A DNA stretch of 64,000 bases from Candidatus Kaiserbacteria bacterium (GCA_016214605.1 JACROD010000023.1:32428-96427), one strand, 5' to 3'; shown: positions 45,358 to 55,116, counted from the first letter of the stretch. A program made the numbers and translations. Notes: generated by a model from the letters alone, not told the origin.

Positions 45358-45900
45358 ATGCAAGAAACAAATCTGTACACCATTACCATCCCGCCGATGA
45401 AGAAGACGCTCCAGGCGTTTTCGCACATACTCGATAAGGCCGCCGCGCATTCGGAATCCAAGAAGCTCTCTTGGATGGATTTTGAATCCGCGCTTCTGGT
45501 CGACAAGATTATCTTTGATCAGTTCAACTTCACGAGACAGGTCCAAATAGCATCCGACAACGCCAAGGGCATTGCCGCGCGTTTGGCCGAGATCGAGATC
45601 CCGGTCTTTGAGGACAACGAGACCACGATCGTACAGCTCAAGGAGCGTTTGGAAAAAACCATCGCCTTCCTGGAGACCATCAAACCCGAACAGGTCATCG
45701 GCAAAGAAGCCGTGAAGGTCACGCTTTCGTATTTCCCCGGCAAGCATATGACAGGATTCGACTATGTGACCCAGTATGCGATGCCCAATTTTTACTTCCA
45801 TATCACGACCGCATACGACATCTTGCGCAAGAACGGCGTGAATATCGGCAAGGGCGATTATACAGGCACTTTGCCGTTTCGCGACGAGGAAAAGGCCTAA
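45358..45900 (+). CDS. DUF1993-like hypothetical protein
   Basis: MQETNLYTITIPPMKKTLQAFSHILDKAAAHSE... This N-terminal pattern resembles the DUF1993 family, recalled from memory. Confidence 0.35.
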   Translation: MQETNLYTITIPPMKKTLQAFSHILDKAAAHSESKKLSWMDFESALLVDKIIFDQFNFTRQVQIASDNAKGIAARLAEIEIPVFEDNETTIVQLKERLEKTIAFLETIKPEQVIGKEAVKVTLSYFPGKHMTGFDYVTQYAMPNFYFHITTAYDILRKNGVNIGKGDYTGTLPFRDEEKA

Positions 45901-45909
45901 TATGCTAAA

Positions 45910-46683
45910 ATGGGCATCTCTATGGCATCAGCACTCAAAATAGAGGGTCTCAAAAAGGTCTACGGCAACGGTGTGGAGGCATTGAAAGGCGTTTCGCTCG
46001 AAATACCCGAGGGTGATTTCTTCGCGCTCTTGGGCTCAAATGGCGCTGGCAAGACGACCATGATCGGTGTCGCGTGCGGTCTGGTCAACAAGACAGGTGG
46101 CTCGGTGAAAGTATTCGGCTACGATATCGACAAACAGCCTGAAATGGCACGTGCGCAGCTCGGCCTCGTCGGGCAAGAGATCAACTTCAACCCTTTCGAA
46201 AGGCCCCTTGATATCGTTGTCAATCAAGCTGGCTACTACGGCGTGCCGCGCTCGGTCGCCATACCGCGCGCCAAGCAACTCCTGACCGATCTTGGATTGG
46301 GTGACAAAATGACCGGCAAGGCGATGCAACTCTCGGGTGGCATGAAGCGCCGACTCATGATCGCGCGCGCCCTCATTCACAAGCCACGCTTCCTCATCCT
46401 CGACGAACCAACAGCTGGTGTCGATGTCGAACTGCGCCATGGCATGTGGAAGTATCTACAGGCGCTTACGAAAGAGGGCTTGACCGTGCTTTTGACCACT
46501 CACTATCTCGAAGAAGCCGAACAGCTCGCCAAGCATGTCGCGATCATTCGCAAGGGAGAAATCGTTGCCAACGGCACCATGGACGATATCTTGGCGCTCC
46601 ACGACGAAGCGAAGGCCGCAAAGAGCGGCTTCCGCGGTGGCAAGCTTGAGGAAGTATTCATTCAGCTTACGAGCGAAACATAG
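45910..46683 (+). CDS. ABC transporter ATP-binding protein (ABC-2 exporter type)
   Basis: Walker A GSNGAGKTT, the signature LSGGMKRRL, and Walker B FLILDEPTAGVD. Confidence 0.85.
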   Translation: MGISMASALKIEGLKKVYGNGVEALKGVSLEIPEGDFFALLGSNGAGKTTMIGVACGLVNKTGGSVKVFGYDIDKQPEMARAQLGLVGQEINFNPFERPLDIVVNQAGYYGVPRSVAIPRAKQLLTDLGLGDKMTGKAMQLSGGMKRRLMIARALIHKPRFLILDEPTAGVDVELRHGMWKYLQALTKEGLTVLLTTHYLEEAEQLAKHVAIIRKGEIVANGTMDDILALHDEAKAAKSGFRGGKLEEVFIQLTSET

Positions 46684-46685
46684 TT

Positions 46686-47156
46686 ATGGAAAACCTCAGT
46701 CGCAGAAATTTTCTAAAGAATGCCGGTGCAACTCTCGCGGCAACGGCAGTCGGCATACCCAGTTTAGAGGCACACGCTTCTGGAGTTATAGGCGAGACCT
46801 ATTCGCATGCCGAACGTGATCAAGCGCTTGCGGCTGGCCTAGATCTTTATACTCAATTACTCGAGAACAATCCGAACACCAAGGAAAAATTGAAAGATTA
46901 TATGTTCTCCATGTCGGACGTTCGCGGAGGTTCGCGCAATCATATAGAAACGTATGAAGCATATGTCATTCATCGCAAAGAGGTATCTGTCGATGAGGGC
47001 TTCATGACCATCGGCGGGGCAACCCTCATCAGTCCCGGAGACCTGGATAAGCAACATCCTGGTGTTCATGCCGTAATACCAGCTGAAATAGGAATGAAAT
47101 ACGAACGCTTCCTCGATCTCTTTAATAGATTTGTGAAGTCGTATAAGGCAAAATAA
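46686..47156 (+). CDS. Tat-signal (SRRNFLKNAGATLAATAVG) secreted hypothetical protein, encoded between the ABC ATPase and the permease
   Basis: A twin-arginine motif followed by a hydrophobic h-region and then AHA. There is no other recognisable domain. Confidence 0.4.
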   Translation: MENLSRRNFLKNAGATLAATAVGIPSLEAHASGVIGETYSHAERDQALAAGLDLYTQLLENNPNTKEKLKDYMFSMSDVRGGSRNHIETYEAYVIHRKEVSVDEGFMTIGGATLISPGDLDKQHPGVHAVIPAEIGMKYERFLDLFNRFVKSYKAK

Positions 47157-47160
47157 CTCT

Positions 47161-47943
47161 ATGAATACTTACCAACAATGGATCTCATTCTACACCATGC
47201 TGCGCAAAGACGTGGTACGTATCGTGCGCATCTGGCCGCAGACGCTCCTGCCGTCGATTGTCACGTCTTCGCTCTACTTCGCCATCTTTGGCGCGGTGCT
47301 CGGATCGCGCATCGGCCCCATGCAAGGTGTCGATTATATGTCGTTCGTTGTGCCGGGTCTCGTGATGCAAGCAGTCATCACCTCGGCGTACGCCAACACA
47401 TCATTCACCTTCTTTTCATCAAAATTCTTCGCGCGCTCCATCGACGAGATATTGGTCTCCCCGACGCCGCCGTGGCTCTTGATCGCCGGATTCATCTCTG
47501 GCGGCATCGTACGCGCGCTTTTGGTCGGGGTCCTCGTCATCATCGTGTCGCTTCTCTTCACACACCTGTCGCTTACGATCACCAATCTCGCGGTCATTCT
47601 CGCATTCGGTTTGCTCACGGCGCTCCTCTTCTCACTCGCTGGCCTCGTCAATGGTATCTATGCCAAATCCATCGACGGAATCAACATCGTACCGACCTTT
47701 GTACTGACGCCCATGGTGTATCTCGGCGGCGTTTTCTATTCGATCAAGACGCTACCGCCACTCGTCCAGACACTCTCACACTTTAATCCCATTTTTTACC
47801 TCATCAACGGTTTCCGCTACGGCTTTTTGGGTATTTCCGACGTGGCACTCGGTACGGCCGCAGGGGTTTTGATCGCACTGGTCGTGATCCTTATTGGCAT
47901 CAATTGGTACCTCATCCGCACCGGCTTGGGTCTGAGACAGTAG
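47161..47943 (+). CDS. ABC-2 family transporter permease
   Basis: 260 aa with 6 TM helices. It sits in an operon with the ABC ATPase. Confidence 0.7.
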   Translation: MNTYQQWISFYTMLRKDVVRIVRIWPQTLLPSIVTSSLYFAIFGAVLGSRIGPMQGVDYMSFVVPGLVMQAVITSAYANTSFTFFSSKFFARSIDEILVSPTPPWLLIAGFISGGIVRALLVGVLVIIVSLLFTHLSLTITNLAVILAFGLLTALLFSLAGLVNGIYAKSIDGINIVPTFVLTPMVYLGGVFYSIKTLPPLVQTLSHFNPIFYLINGFRYGFLGISDVALGTAAGVLIALVVILIGINWYLIRTGLGLRQ

Positions 47944-48024
47944 AAAGTATCGGATTGACGACTTTGCCAAGAAGACCTATAGTCACGACTAGTATTTGGC
48001 AGACTCGAAAAGGAGCAGAAGAAT

Positions 48025-48174
48025 ATGAGCACTACAAAGGTAGTTATCCCTTGGCGTGCGGTGATCGTCAGCGTGATGCTTGCGATGGGTGTCGCGGCGC
48101 TTTCGGTCGGCTTCCTCGCGGGTTCTCCCGCGCTCCAGGAGGCCTATAATCCGGCCTTCCACAAAAAACACTGA
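48025..48174 (+). CDS. Small membrane protein (49 aa) with the strong RBS AAAGGAG
   Basis: A manually found ORF MSTTKVVIPWRAVIVSVMLAMGVAALSVGFLAGSPALQEAYNPAFHKKH. The RBS has perfect spacing. Confidence 0.35.
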   Translation: MSTTKVVIPWRAVIVSVMLAMGVAALSVGFLAGSPALQEAYNPAFHKKH

Positions 48175-48302
48175 TCGGACATCAGTAAAGGAGGAGATCT
48201 CACACTCGCAGGGTTCGCTCTTATCGGCCTTCCTCGTCTATTCTGGTGACCAAGATCCCCCATTCCTCATCTGGCGAGTCTTGTTTGGTGAGTGATCTTT
48301 CA

Positions 48303-48335
48303 GGATCCCGGATCAACTCCGGGATCTTTTTGCAT
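48303..48335 (+). terminator. Rho-independent terminator (gatcccggatcaactccgggatc + tttttg), followed by a second related hairpin at 48338-48366
   Basis: Hairpin followed by a T-run. Confidence 0.5.
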
Positions 48336-48633
48336 AAAAAGATCCCCGTTTTTGGACGGGGATCGAGATCTCGGGGAAAGGTTACGAAGATGTGACCTTC
48401 AGCCCTTCTTTTTTGTGCGTCTTGGGATAGGTCGGGTGGTTATCCCGCGCCCAACGAATTCCCGGGCGCGCGCCCGGGAAACCTCCTGAATTTTGTTTTC
48501 CTTCGCTACACTCGGAAGTGTATCCTCGTAGCGGAGATTCCTTGCGGAAAGTTCGCGGATGAAGCATCGAAACGACCATGACATGATACCTCTCTCCCTT
48601 GACCAGGCCTCCGTAGATACTATAACACTTATA

Positions 48634-49149
48634 TCATTCACGCGCAAGATCTACCCAGCGGTAGGTGATATCGCCCCATTTTTGCTCTTTTCCGGAGATC
48701 TTTTTGGTAAACTGATCTTCGTACGGAGGGAAATACGAATCCCCCTCCTTGTCGTCGTCGACAAGTGTCATATAGAGTTTGTCCACGTATGGAAGTGCGG
48801 CCTTGTATATCTCGCCGCCACCGCCGATGAATATCTCCTCCTGGTCGATCTCCTTTGCCCGATCAATCGCCTCTTCGAGCGAATGTGCAACGATCACGCC
48901 GTCGTAGCCCCACGAGACATCGCGCGTCACCACGATATTGGTACGCCTGGGCAAAGGCCTGCCCAGTAGTGCAACGATAGACTCGAAGGTCTTACGGCCC
49001 ATAATGATCGGGTGATCGAGAGTGAGCTCCTTGAACCGCTTGAGATCCTCGGGTATGTGCCAGAGGAGCTTGCCATCCTTGCCGAGGGCCCCGTTCCACT
49101 GGCGACCATTGCCTATCGCTGCCACGATGCTGATCTGAGGTTTTTTCAT
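48634..49149 (-). CDS. folA: Dihydrofolate reductase
   Basis: ISIVAAIGNGRQWNGALGKDGKLLWHIPEDLKRFKELTLDHPIIMGRKTFESI is the DHFR signature. Confidence 0.85.
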   Translation of the reverse strand: MKKPQISIVAAIGNGRQWNGALGKDGKLLWHIPEDLKRFKELTLDHPIIMGRKTFESIVALLGRPLPRRTNIVVTRDVSWGYDGVIVAHSLEEAIDRAKEIDQEEIFIGGGGEIYKAALPYVDKLYMTLVDDDKEGDSYFPPYEDQFTKKISGKEQKWGDITYRWVDLARE

Positions 49150-49305
49150 ATATCGTCTCTATCGAGTAAAAATACTCTTCTTCCCGAAAGAGAAGTTTAT
49201 CATATAAACATGCCCGACTATCAAGATTGACCCTACTCATCTAAGAACTACAATGCTTTTAGTCGCGACACAGAGTTGCGAATTACATAGTTAGCGGAGG
49301 CCATC

Positions 49306-50007
49306 ATGGACTGGCTGTCAGATCTATCTGACCCGGCTCCTATTGCAGAGCCGCTTAGAGTAGTCAAAACCCACTTGAATCACGAGGTGTTTTTGATTGA
49401 TCGATACGTTTGGGATGGCTGGAGTTCGGAGAATTATGGCCAATGCCGTGTCGACCTGTCGCAGGGGTATTTTACCTTCATTGATGCGACGGTCGTCGAC
49501 CTCGTGTCGGATCGCTCCTGGCACGCGAACATCCAGCGAGATCCGCACACAGGCAAAATACTCAAGGTGTACGCCGTAGCCACTATACAGGGCAAGAAGG
49601 TGACCTTGCATCGGCTTGTCACAGACGCAGGCAAAGGCGTGATCGTCGATCACTTCAACGGCTTGTCACTCGACAATCGGCGATGTAATCTCCGCGCCAC
49701 CACACAGGCCATCAATGTAGCGGGTGCGATCGGTCGAAAGCGTTCGCGCCACAGCGATCTGAATAGTTTTCGCGGGGTCGAAATACGCGGCAAGGGTAGG
49801 TTTGGATGGGAGCTCAAGTTTCATAAAAAGACCTACCGGTCGAAACAAACATGGGACACAGCCAAAGGGGCGCATGACGCGTATTTGGAGGAACATAAGA
49901 AGTTCTTCGGGCATTCTTGTGTCGATGTGGCGGTTGCTCATAAATCGTACCCTATCTTCCCGCCGACTTATCAAGAAGCAGAAGAAGGGACCTATATTCC
50001 CTTCTAA
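49306..50007 (+). CDS. HNH endonuclease with an AP2 DNA-binding domain (free-standing homing-endonuclease-like)
   Basis: HNH: HRLVTDAGKGVIVDHFNGLSLDNRRCNLR. AP2: SFRGVEIRGKGRFGWELKFHKKTYRSKQTWDTAKGAHDAYLEE. Confidence 0.6.
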   Translation: MDWLSDLSDPAPIAEPLRVVKTHLNHEVFLIDRYVWDGWSSENYGQCRVDLSQGYFTFIDATVVDLVSDRSWHANIQRDPHTGKILKVYAVATIQGKKVTLHRLVTDAGKGVIVDHFNGLSLDNRRCNLRATTQAINVAGAIGRKRSRHSDLNSFRGVEIRGKGRFGWELKFHKKTYRSKQTWDTAKGAHDAYLEEHKKFFGHSCVDVAVAHKSYPIFPPTYQEAEEGTYIPF

Positions 50008-50062
50008 TGAACGCCGTGACACTATTACGGCGTTCTTTTTTGCAAAAAAAGACCCCGATACG

Positions 50063-51253
50063 TCAGATATCGGGGTCGTCTATATCGAGAACAAGCTGGA
50101 TCTCTGCCGACGGCGTCATGAGATTTCCGGTTTTATAACGCCGAGGTGCCGTGTGAGGGTGGCGGCACGTATCGAGGGGAAAAAGCTCTTGCGGCACTTC
50201 CATCCGACGGCGCGGATGGATCATGAACATGCCGACCTCGTAGTACGGGCCCGACGGGACATTCCTCACACATGCGTCACTGATCGGACATCTCGCACAT
50301 GATCGCGCATACCACCTTTGGTGGTTGAGATCGTCAGGATCAACATTGAGGACCTGCGGCAAAGTCTTTTTGCCGTCACGATAGTTCTTTCTGGTACTGC
50401 GTCCGACCGAACGATTTCCCGGTGCAAGTGCACAAAGATTCGACGACAAGAGCCATAAGGCATCGGCCAGTTCCACACTTCGCGAGAAATCCCTTTTGAG
50501 ATAGCACTCCAAGAGATTGGCCCCGTATTTGTACGCTTCGTCGTAGCCGATCCTGCGTTCGTAGGTATCCGGCACGAGAATCTCTGTCTCAAACATCACC
50601 CGCAGGAGATGAAAATCGACCGCAGGAATGATCTCGATAGGCGACACCAGCTTCTCGGCAATGAGAAAATACGCAAGCATGCTGGTCATTTTCGCCTGGA
50701 ACCCCTCAAACCCCTGTTCGTGATTGAGAAGTTCATTTGATGGCCTCGTCCCTTGAGTGCGTTTATTCATCACTCTCCTGCGGAGGTCGGCTCCATCCTT
50801 CAGCTTGTGGAAGATGAGCCGGGGATCTCCGCGCCAATACTTGATGAGTCGAGCGGAGTTTTCCTGCCAGAAAACTCCGATCTCATCAATGTGGTAATTG
50901 AGGGCGCGAACGAGCTGACCTTTGATCTCTTCGAGCGGTATCGTCACGACCTTTTCGGGCATGAAGAGATCCGGCCTAAAAGACCACAACGTGACCAATT
51001 GACGTATCGCGGTCGTACTATCCAGTGCCCCGCGCATAAAATGACAGGCATACCATAAGAATTGCGCGTGTCTCAGTGGATCCTTTCGTAGCTCTGCAGG
51101 AACCATATCCTGCGGAAGGACGGCGACATTGTACGGATACCTTACCTCGCGAAACGCCTCCAAGAGAATCCCGAAGACGCGCGAGGCACGTTTGTGATTC
51201 GTCTTTATTCCCATCGGAAGAGTGCTCCTTTTAATCTTTTCCGCGCGCAACAT
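50063..51253 (-). CDS. Hypothetical protein with a C-terminal Cys cluster (CARCPISDAC), possibly a DNA-glycosylase-like Fe-S protein
   Basis: 396 aa. The only recognisable feature is the C-x2-C-x5-C motif near aa 320. The functional guess is weak. Confidence 0.25.
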   Translation of the reverse strand: MLRAEKIKRSTLPMGIKTNHKRASRVFGILLEAFREVRYPYNVAVLPQDMVPAELRKDPLRHAQFLWYACHFMRGALDSTTAIRQLVTLWSFRPDLFMPEKVVTIPLEEIKGQLVRALNYHIDEIGVFWQENSARLIKYWRGDPRLIFHKLKDGADLRRRVMNKRTQGTRPSNELLNHEQGFEGFQAKMTSMLAYFLIAEKLVSPIEIIPAVDFHLLRVMFETEILVPDTYERRIGYDEAYKYGANLLECYLKRDFSRSVELADALWLLSSNLCALAPGNRSVGRSTRKNYRDGKKTLPQVLNVDPDDLNHQRWYARSCARCPISDACVRNVPSGPYYEVGMFMIHPRRRMEVPQELFPLDTCRHPHTAPRRYKTGNLMTPSAEIQLVLDIDDPDI

Positions 51254-51312
51254 ACATTATTTTCGGTGCTTACGCAATCGTCGCGCACGCGCTCTCGCGC
51301 TATACTGATGCC

Positions 51313-51987
51313 ATGCAATCATACGAAGTGGAGGTGAAGGCGCTCCTTGGTGGACCCGAACGCGCCGATGAGATACGGCGAGCGCTGCGAGACACCGATC
51401 CCACATGCGATTTGCGCACCAAAGGGAAACAGCTCAATCACTATTTTATGGGCGGCACCTTACAAGCCCTCGCCCAAGCGATCGCTCCGCATCTCTCTCT
51501 GGGCGCGCGCGTCAAGCTCGCGGATTTTGCCCTTCACGCAAAGGACTTCTCAGTGCGTACACGTCAAAAGGACGATCAAGTGCTCTTTGTGATCAAGGCA
51601 TCCGTCGACGACACAACGAGTGCCAATGGCATCGCCCGCATGGAGATCGAAGAACCCGTCTCGCTTTCTCTGAATGATCTCGACGAAATCATTCTCGGCG
51701 CAGAATTTAATTATCAGGCGAAATGGTCCCGCGAACGCGAAGAATACCTTTGCAGCGGCGTGAATGTCACGCTCGACAAGAATGCGGGCTACGGATGGCT
51801 GGCCGAATTTGAGCGCGTCGTGGATGATCCGACCAAACTGACCGAAGCAGAAGCACACGTGCGCGCTCTCATGGACACGCTCAAGGTCGAAGAGCTCCCC
51901 CAAGACCGCCTCGCGCGCATGTTTGCCTTTTACAACGAACATTGGCCGGAGTATTACGGGACAGAAAATATTTTTGAGATACAATAG
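51313..51987 (+). CDS. CYTH-domain protein (triphosphate tunnel metalloenzyme)
   Basis: It has the N-terminal EVEVKALL (CYTH ExExK motif) and later acidic strands. Confidence 0.5.
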   Translation: MQSYEVEVKALLGGPERADEIRRALRDTDPTCDLRTKGKQLNHYFMGGTLQALAQAIAPHLSLGARVKLADFALHAKDFSVRTRQKDDQVLFVIKASVDDTTSANGIARMEIEEPVSLSLNDLDEIILGAEFNYQAKWSREREEYLCSGVNVTLDKNAGYGWLAEFERVVDDPTKLTEAEAHVRALMDTLKVEELPQDRLARMFAFYNEHWPEYYGTENIFEIQ

Positions 51988-51992
51988 GATGT

Positions 51993-52574
51993 ATGTTTCT
52001 CTCCGACATGGATATCGAGAAGGCGATCTTGGCGGGCGAAATCGTCCTCGACACGTTTGATAGCAAGCGCCTCCAACCAGTAAGCTATGATATCCGCCTC
52101 GGCAACAAATTCATCGTCAACGACGAAAGCTCCACTCACAAGATCGATCCGGTGAAGAAGATATATGCCCAGACACGAGAGATTATTATCGAGGACGGCA
52201 AAGAATTCGTCCTTCACCCTGGCATCTCCGTCCTTGGCTTATCAAAAGAGTATTTCGGTTCCGACCATTATCTGATCCAAGTCGGCGGCAAATCTTCGCT
52301 TGCGCGCGTGGGGCTCATGATCCACAACACGGCAGGCATCATTAATCCCGGGCATTTCCTCTGTGTGACCCTTGAATTGAGCAATCAAAACAACGTACCG
52401 ATCATCCTGAGGCCGGGCATGGAAATAGCGCAACTTACCTTTTCAAAGATTACCTCCCCGACCAAACAAACCTACAAAAAAACCGGCCGTTTCGCTGAAA
52501 ACAACTGGAACAACTTCGCTCCCGCAAAGAAAAAGGCCATTATCAAGAAGAAGAAAACGCCCGCAAAAAAATAA
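51993..52574 (+). CDS. dcd: dCTP deaminase
   Basis: MFLSDMDIEKAILAGEIVLDTFDSKRLQPVSYDIRLG... and ...GLMIHNTAGIINPGH are dUTPase-fold Dcd signatures. Confidence 0.8.
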   Translation: MFLSDMDIEKAILAGEIVLDTFDSKRLQPVSYDIRLGNKFIVNDESSTHKIDPVKKIYAQTREIIIEDGKEFVLHPGISVLGLSKEYFGSDHYLIQVGGKSSLARVGLMIHNTAGIINPGHFLCVTLELSNQNNVPIILRPGMEIAQLTFSKITSPTKQTYKKTGRFAENNWNNFAPAKKKAIIKKKKTPAKK

Positions 52575-52576
52575 AT

Positions 52577-53539
52577 ATGGAGAAAAAACACCTTGAATAT
52601 CAATACCTGGATCTATTGCGCGAGACGCTTGAGTCGGGTGAAGAACAAATAGACAAAGGCACTGGAGTCAAGACCTACAGTGTTTTCGGCCGACAGATCC
52701 GGTTTGATCTTTCTGAAGGACTGCCGATGCTCACCACGAAGCGCGTGTATTGGAAAGGTGTCCTTGAAGAGCTGTATTGGTTTATGTCGGGACAATCCAA
52801 TATCAAGTACCTCGTGGATCATGATGTGCATATTTGGGACGATTATCCGTACAGGATCTATGGAGAGCGGGCCGCGCGCTCGGAAGTGCCGCAACTAAGC
52901 AAGGAAGAATTCATCTCAAAAATAAAAGACGATAGCGATTTCGCAAAGATCCATGGTGAATTGCCGCATATCTACGGCGAGCTTTGGCGTCGCTGGCCAG
53001 CGCACGATGGCCGCGCAGTCGATCAGCTCCAGTGGACTATCGATGAGCTTAAGAAGGACCCTGATGCGCATAATACGATCGTCACCTCATGGAATCCCGA
53101 GTATCTCTACAGTATGGCGGCTCCCGGCAAAGGGGCGCGTTTTCCCATCTGTCACAATATGTATCAGATCAATATCAAACACGGTAAAGTCTGCCTCCAG
53201 CTTTATCAGCGCAGCGCAGATGTCTTTCTCGGTGTCCCGTTCAATATCGCCTCGTATTCCCTCCTGACGATCATTATCGCGAAGATACTCGGTCGCGAGC
53301 CAGGCGAATTCATTCACACCTTTGGTGATCTCCATATCTACGAAAATCACAAAGATCAGGCGCGTGAACAGCTCGCGCGCGAACCACGATCATTTCCGAC
53401 CGTCTCCTTTGCGCAAAATTTCGATTCGCTCGATTCGTTCAAGCCCGAATACGTGCGGCTCAAGGATTACAATCCCGAAGCGACCATAAAGGCCGAACTT
53501 ACCGTCGCCGGGGGTTATAACAAGGATCTCCACTCATAA
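52577..53539 (+). CDS. thyA: Thymidylate synthase (ThyA, long form 320 aa)
   Basis: QYLDLLRETLESG...TGVKTYSVFGRQIRFDLSEGLPMLTTKRVYWKGVLEELYWFMSGQSN... and ...FPICHNMYQ... (the catalytic Cys region). Confidence 0.9.
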   Translation: MEKKHLEYQYLDLLRETLESGEEQIDKGTGVKTYSVFGRQIRFDLSEGLPMLTTKRVYWKGVLEELYWFMSGQSNIKYLVDHDVHIWDDYPYRIYGERAARSEVPQLSKEEFISKIKDDSDFAKIHGELPHIYGELWRRWPAHDGRAVDQLQWTIDELKKDPDAHNTIVTSWNPEYLYSMAAPGKGARFPICHNMYQINIKHGKVCLQLYQRSADVFLGVPFNIASYSLLTIIIAKILGREPGEFIHTFGDLHIYENHKDQAREQLAREPRSFPTVSFAQNFDSLDSFKPEYVRLKDYNPEATIKAELTVAGGYNKDLHS

Positions 53540-53573
53540 GAAAAGGCACCGTATCGCGGTGCCTTCCTGGTGT

Positions 53574-54347
53574 TTACTTCGCGCGAATCGCATCGTAGAT
53601 GTCCTGTGCGGACATAAAGCGATGCGTACATTCTCCCGATGGCTTCTTCTCGAAATGCCTGCAATTGCACGGAAAGGACCGGCATACCGGACATTCGCTG
53701 CCATAGAGCGATATAACAGAATCCTCCAGCGAAATTTTCAACAGCGATGCGCAAGCAAATGTCCATGCGAGGACATCGGTGAATTCTTGAGCATATTTAC
53801 GCCTGACATCTTTGAGATTGTCGTTAAAGCCGTCTGCGCTATGCAAGATCAGCCCGACTTCCGCGACTTCTTCAAAAAGCCTGTTGAGAGCTCTTGGGAT
53901 ACCGCCTGTGCTGTTGTTCGGCCCATAGAGCTGTTCGAGATGTTCTTGCCACCGGTTGATTGACCACAGATACTGGCTTGTACTGGGGACCGAAACAACA
54001 TGTTCCGCTCGATGTGCTTCTTCACAAATGCATGGGAAGTGCCCGCAATAGCCACAGCCCATCGCTGGGAATTTGTCGCCCATTGCATTGGTCAAGAGTA
54101 ACCCTGCATCTGTGCGAAATAACTCCTCTGCAAGGCTCGCAAACCACGCGACAATCTGAGCGAGCGCAATCGGATATAGCCCCGTCTTTTCCTTGCGAAC
54201 GCAACGAGCCAGGTCCGCGCACGCAAGAACGAGAAAACTATATCGATCATTGCGATTCATAGTGAGTGCGTCCGAGCTCGAGAAGGTTGCTACCAGCCGC
54301 TCAATCGATGATCCTATGGTTAGCCGGTCATCTGACATTGCATACAC
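53574..54347 (-). CDS. Tandem MazG-like nucleotide pyrophosphohydrolase-fold protein, each half followed by a CxxC...CxC motif
   Basis: Two EExxE-type helices (LAEELF..., RLFEEVAEVGLILH) and two Cys motifs (CGYCGHFPCIC, CPVCRSFPCNC). The assignment is tentative. Confidence 0.35.
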   Translation of the reverse strand: MYAMSDDRLTIGSSIERLVATFSSSDALTMNRNDRYSFLVLACADLARCVRKEKTGLYPIALAQIVAWFASLAEELFRTDAGLLLTNAMGDKFPAMGCGYCGHFPCICEEAHRAEHVVSVPSTSQYLWSINRWQEHLEQLYGPNNSTGGIPRALNRLFEEVAEVGLILHSADGFNDNLKDVRRKYAQEFTDVLAWTFACASLLKISLEDSVISLYGSECPVCRSFPCNCRHFEKKPSGECTHRFMSAQDIYDAIRAK

Positions 54348-54416
54348 TCCTTATATTTCCTATGCGAGTGTAGCAGAATGGCCAAATTACTCAAATGATC
54401 CCCCTCCTATATACTG

Positions 54417-55094
54417 GTGACTATGATCAAAACATCTGCCAAGACGGCTAGACGTGGTACATTCATCGTTATCGATGGCATGGACGGTTCGGGCAAAGGC
54501 ACACAGATCAGGCTTTTGCAAGAAAAATTGACTGGACATCCGGTGATATTCACGCGCGAGCCGGGTGGTACGCCCAAGGCCGAGGAGATCCGTAAGCTCT
54601 TGCTCAATAAAGACGGACCCGCATCAGATCCGCTGAAGGACTTTTGGCTTTTTTGGGAAGCTCGCGAATCCCATGTGGAAGAATTGATAGGACCTTCATT
54701 GGAGCAAGGCACGCATGTGCTCTGCGACCGATACGATTCCTCGACACATGCCTTTCAGATCCATGGAGAGCAACAGAACTCGCTCCTCGATCTGTTCAAG
54801 GAGAAGCGCGAAACACTTCCTCCCAAATATCATCCGCACGCGTATATCATTCTCGACCTGCCTGCAGAAGTAGCGTACGGGCGCCGCCTCAAGGATTCTG
54901 TGCAGGAAAAGACTCGTTTCGACGTAAAACCGATCGAGTATCATGCGCGCGTGCGGGACGGTTTCTTGCAATTCGGAGAGTATCTAAAAGATTCAAAGTC
55001 CGACAGTATCTGTTATTTCATCGACGCCGATCGTCCGGTGGAAGCGATCCACGCTGACATTTGGAAGATCGTCTCTCGCGAATTGGGTATCTGA
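54417..55094 (+). CDS. tmk: Thymidylate kinase
   Basis: GTFIVIDGMDGSGKGTQIRLLQEKL (P-loop) and the ...DRY... LID region. Confidence 0.85.
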   Translation: MTMIKTSAKTARRGTFIVIDGMDGSGKGTQIRLLQEKLTGHPVIFTREPGGTPKAEEIRKLLLNKDGPASDPLKDFWLFWEARESHVEELIGPSLEQGTHVLCDRYDSSTHAFQIHGEQQNSLLDLFKEKRETLPPKYHPHAYIILDLPAEVAYGRRLKDSVQEKTRFDVKPIEYHARVRDGFLQFGEYLKDSKSDSICYFIDADRPVEAIHADIWKIVSRELGI

Positions 55095-55116
55095 TCTCTA
55101 TCATGAGCACGAGACC

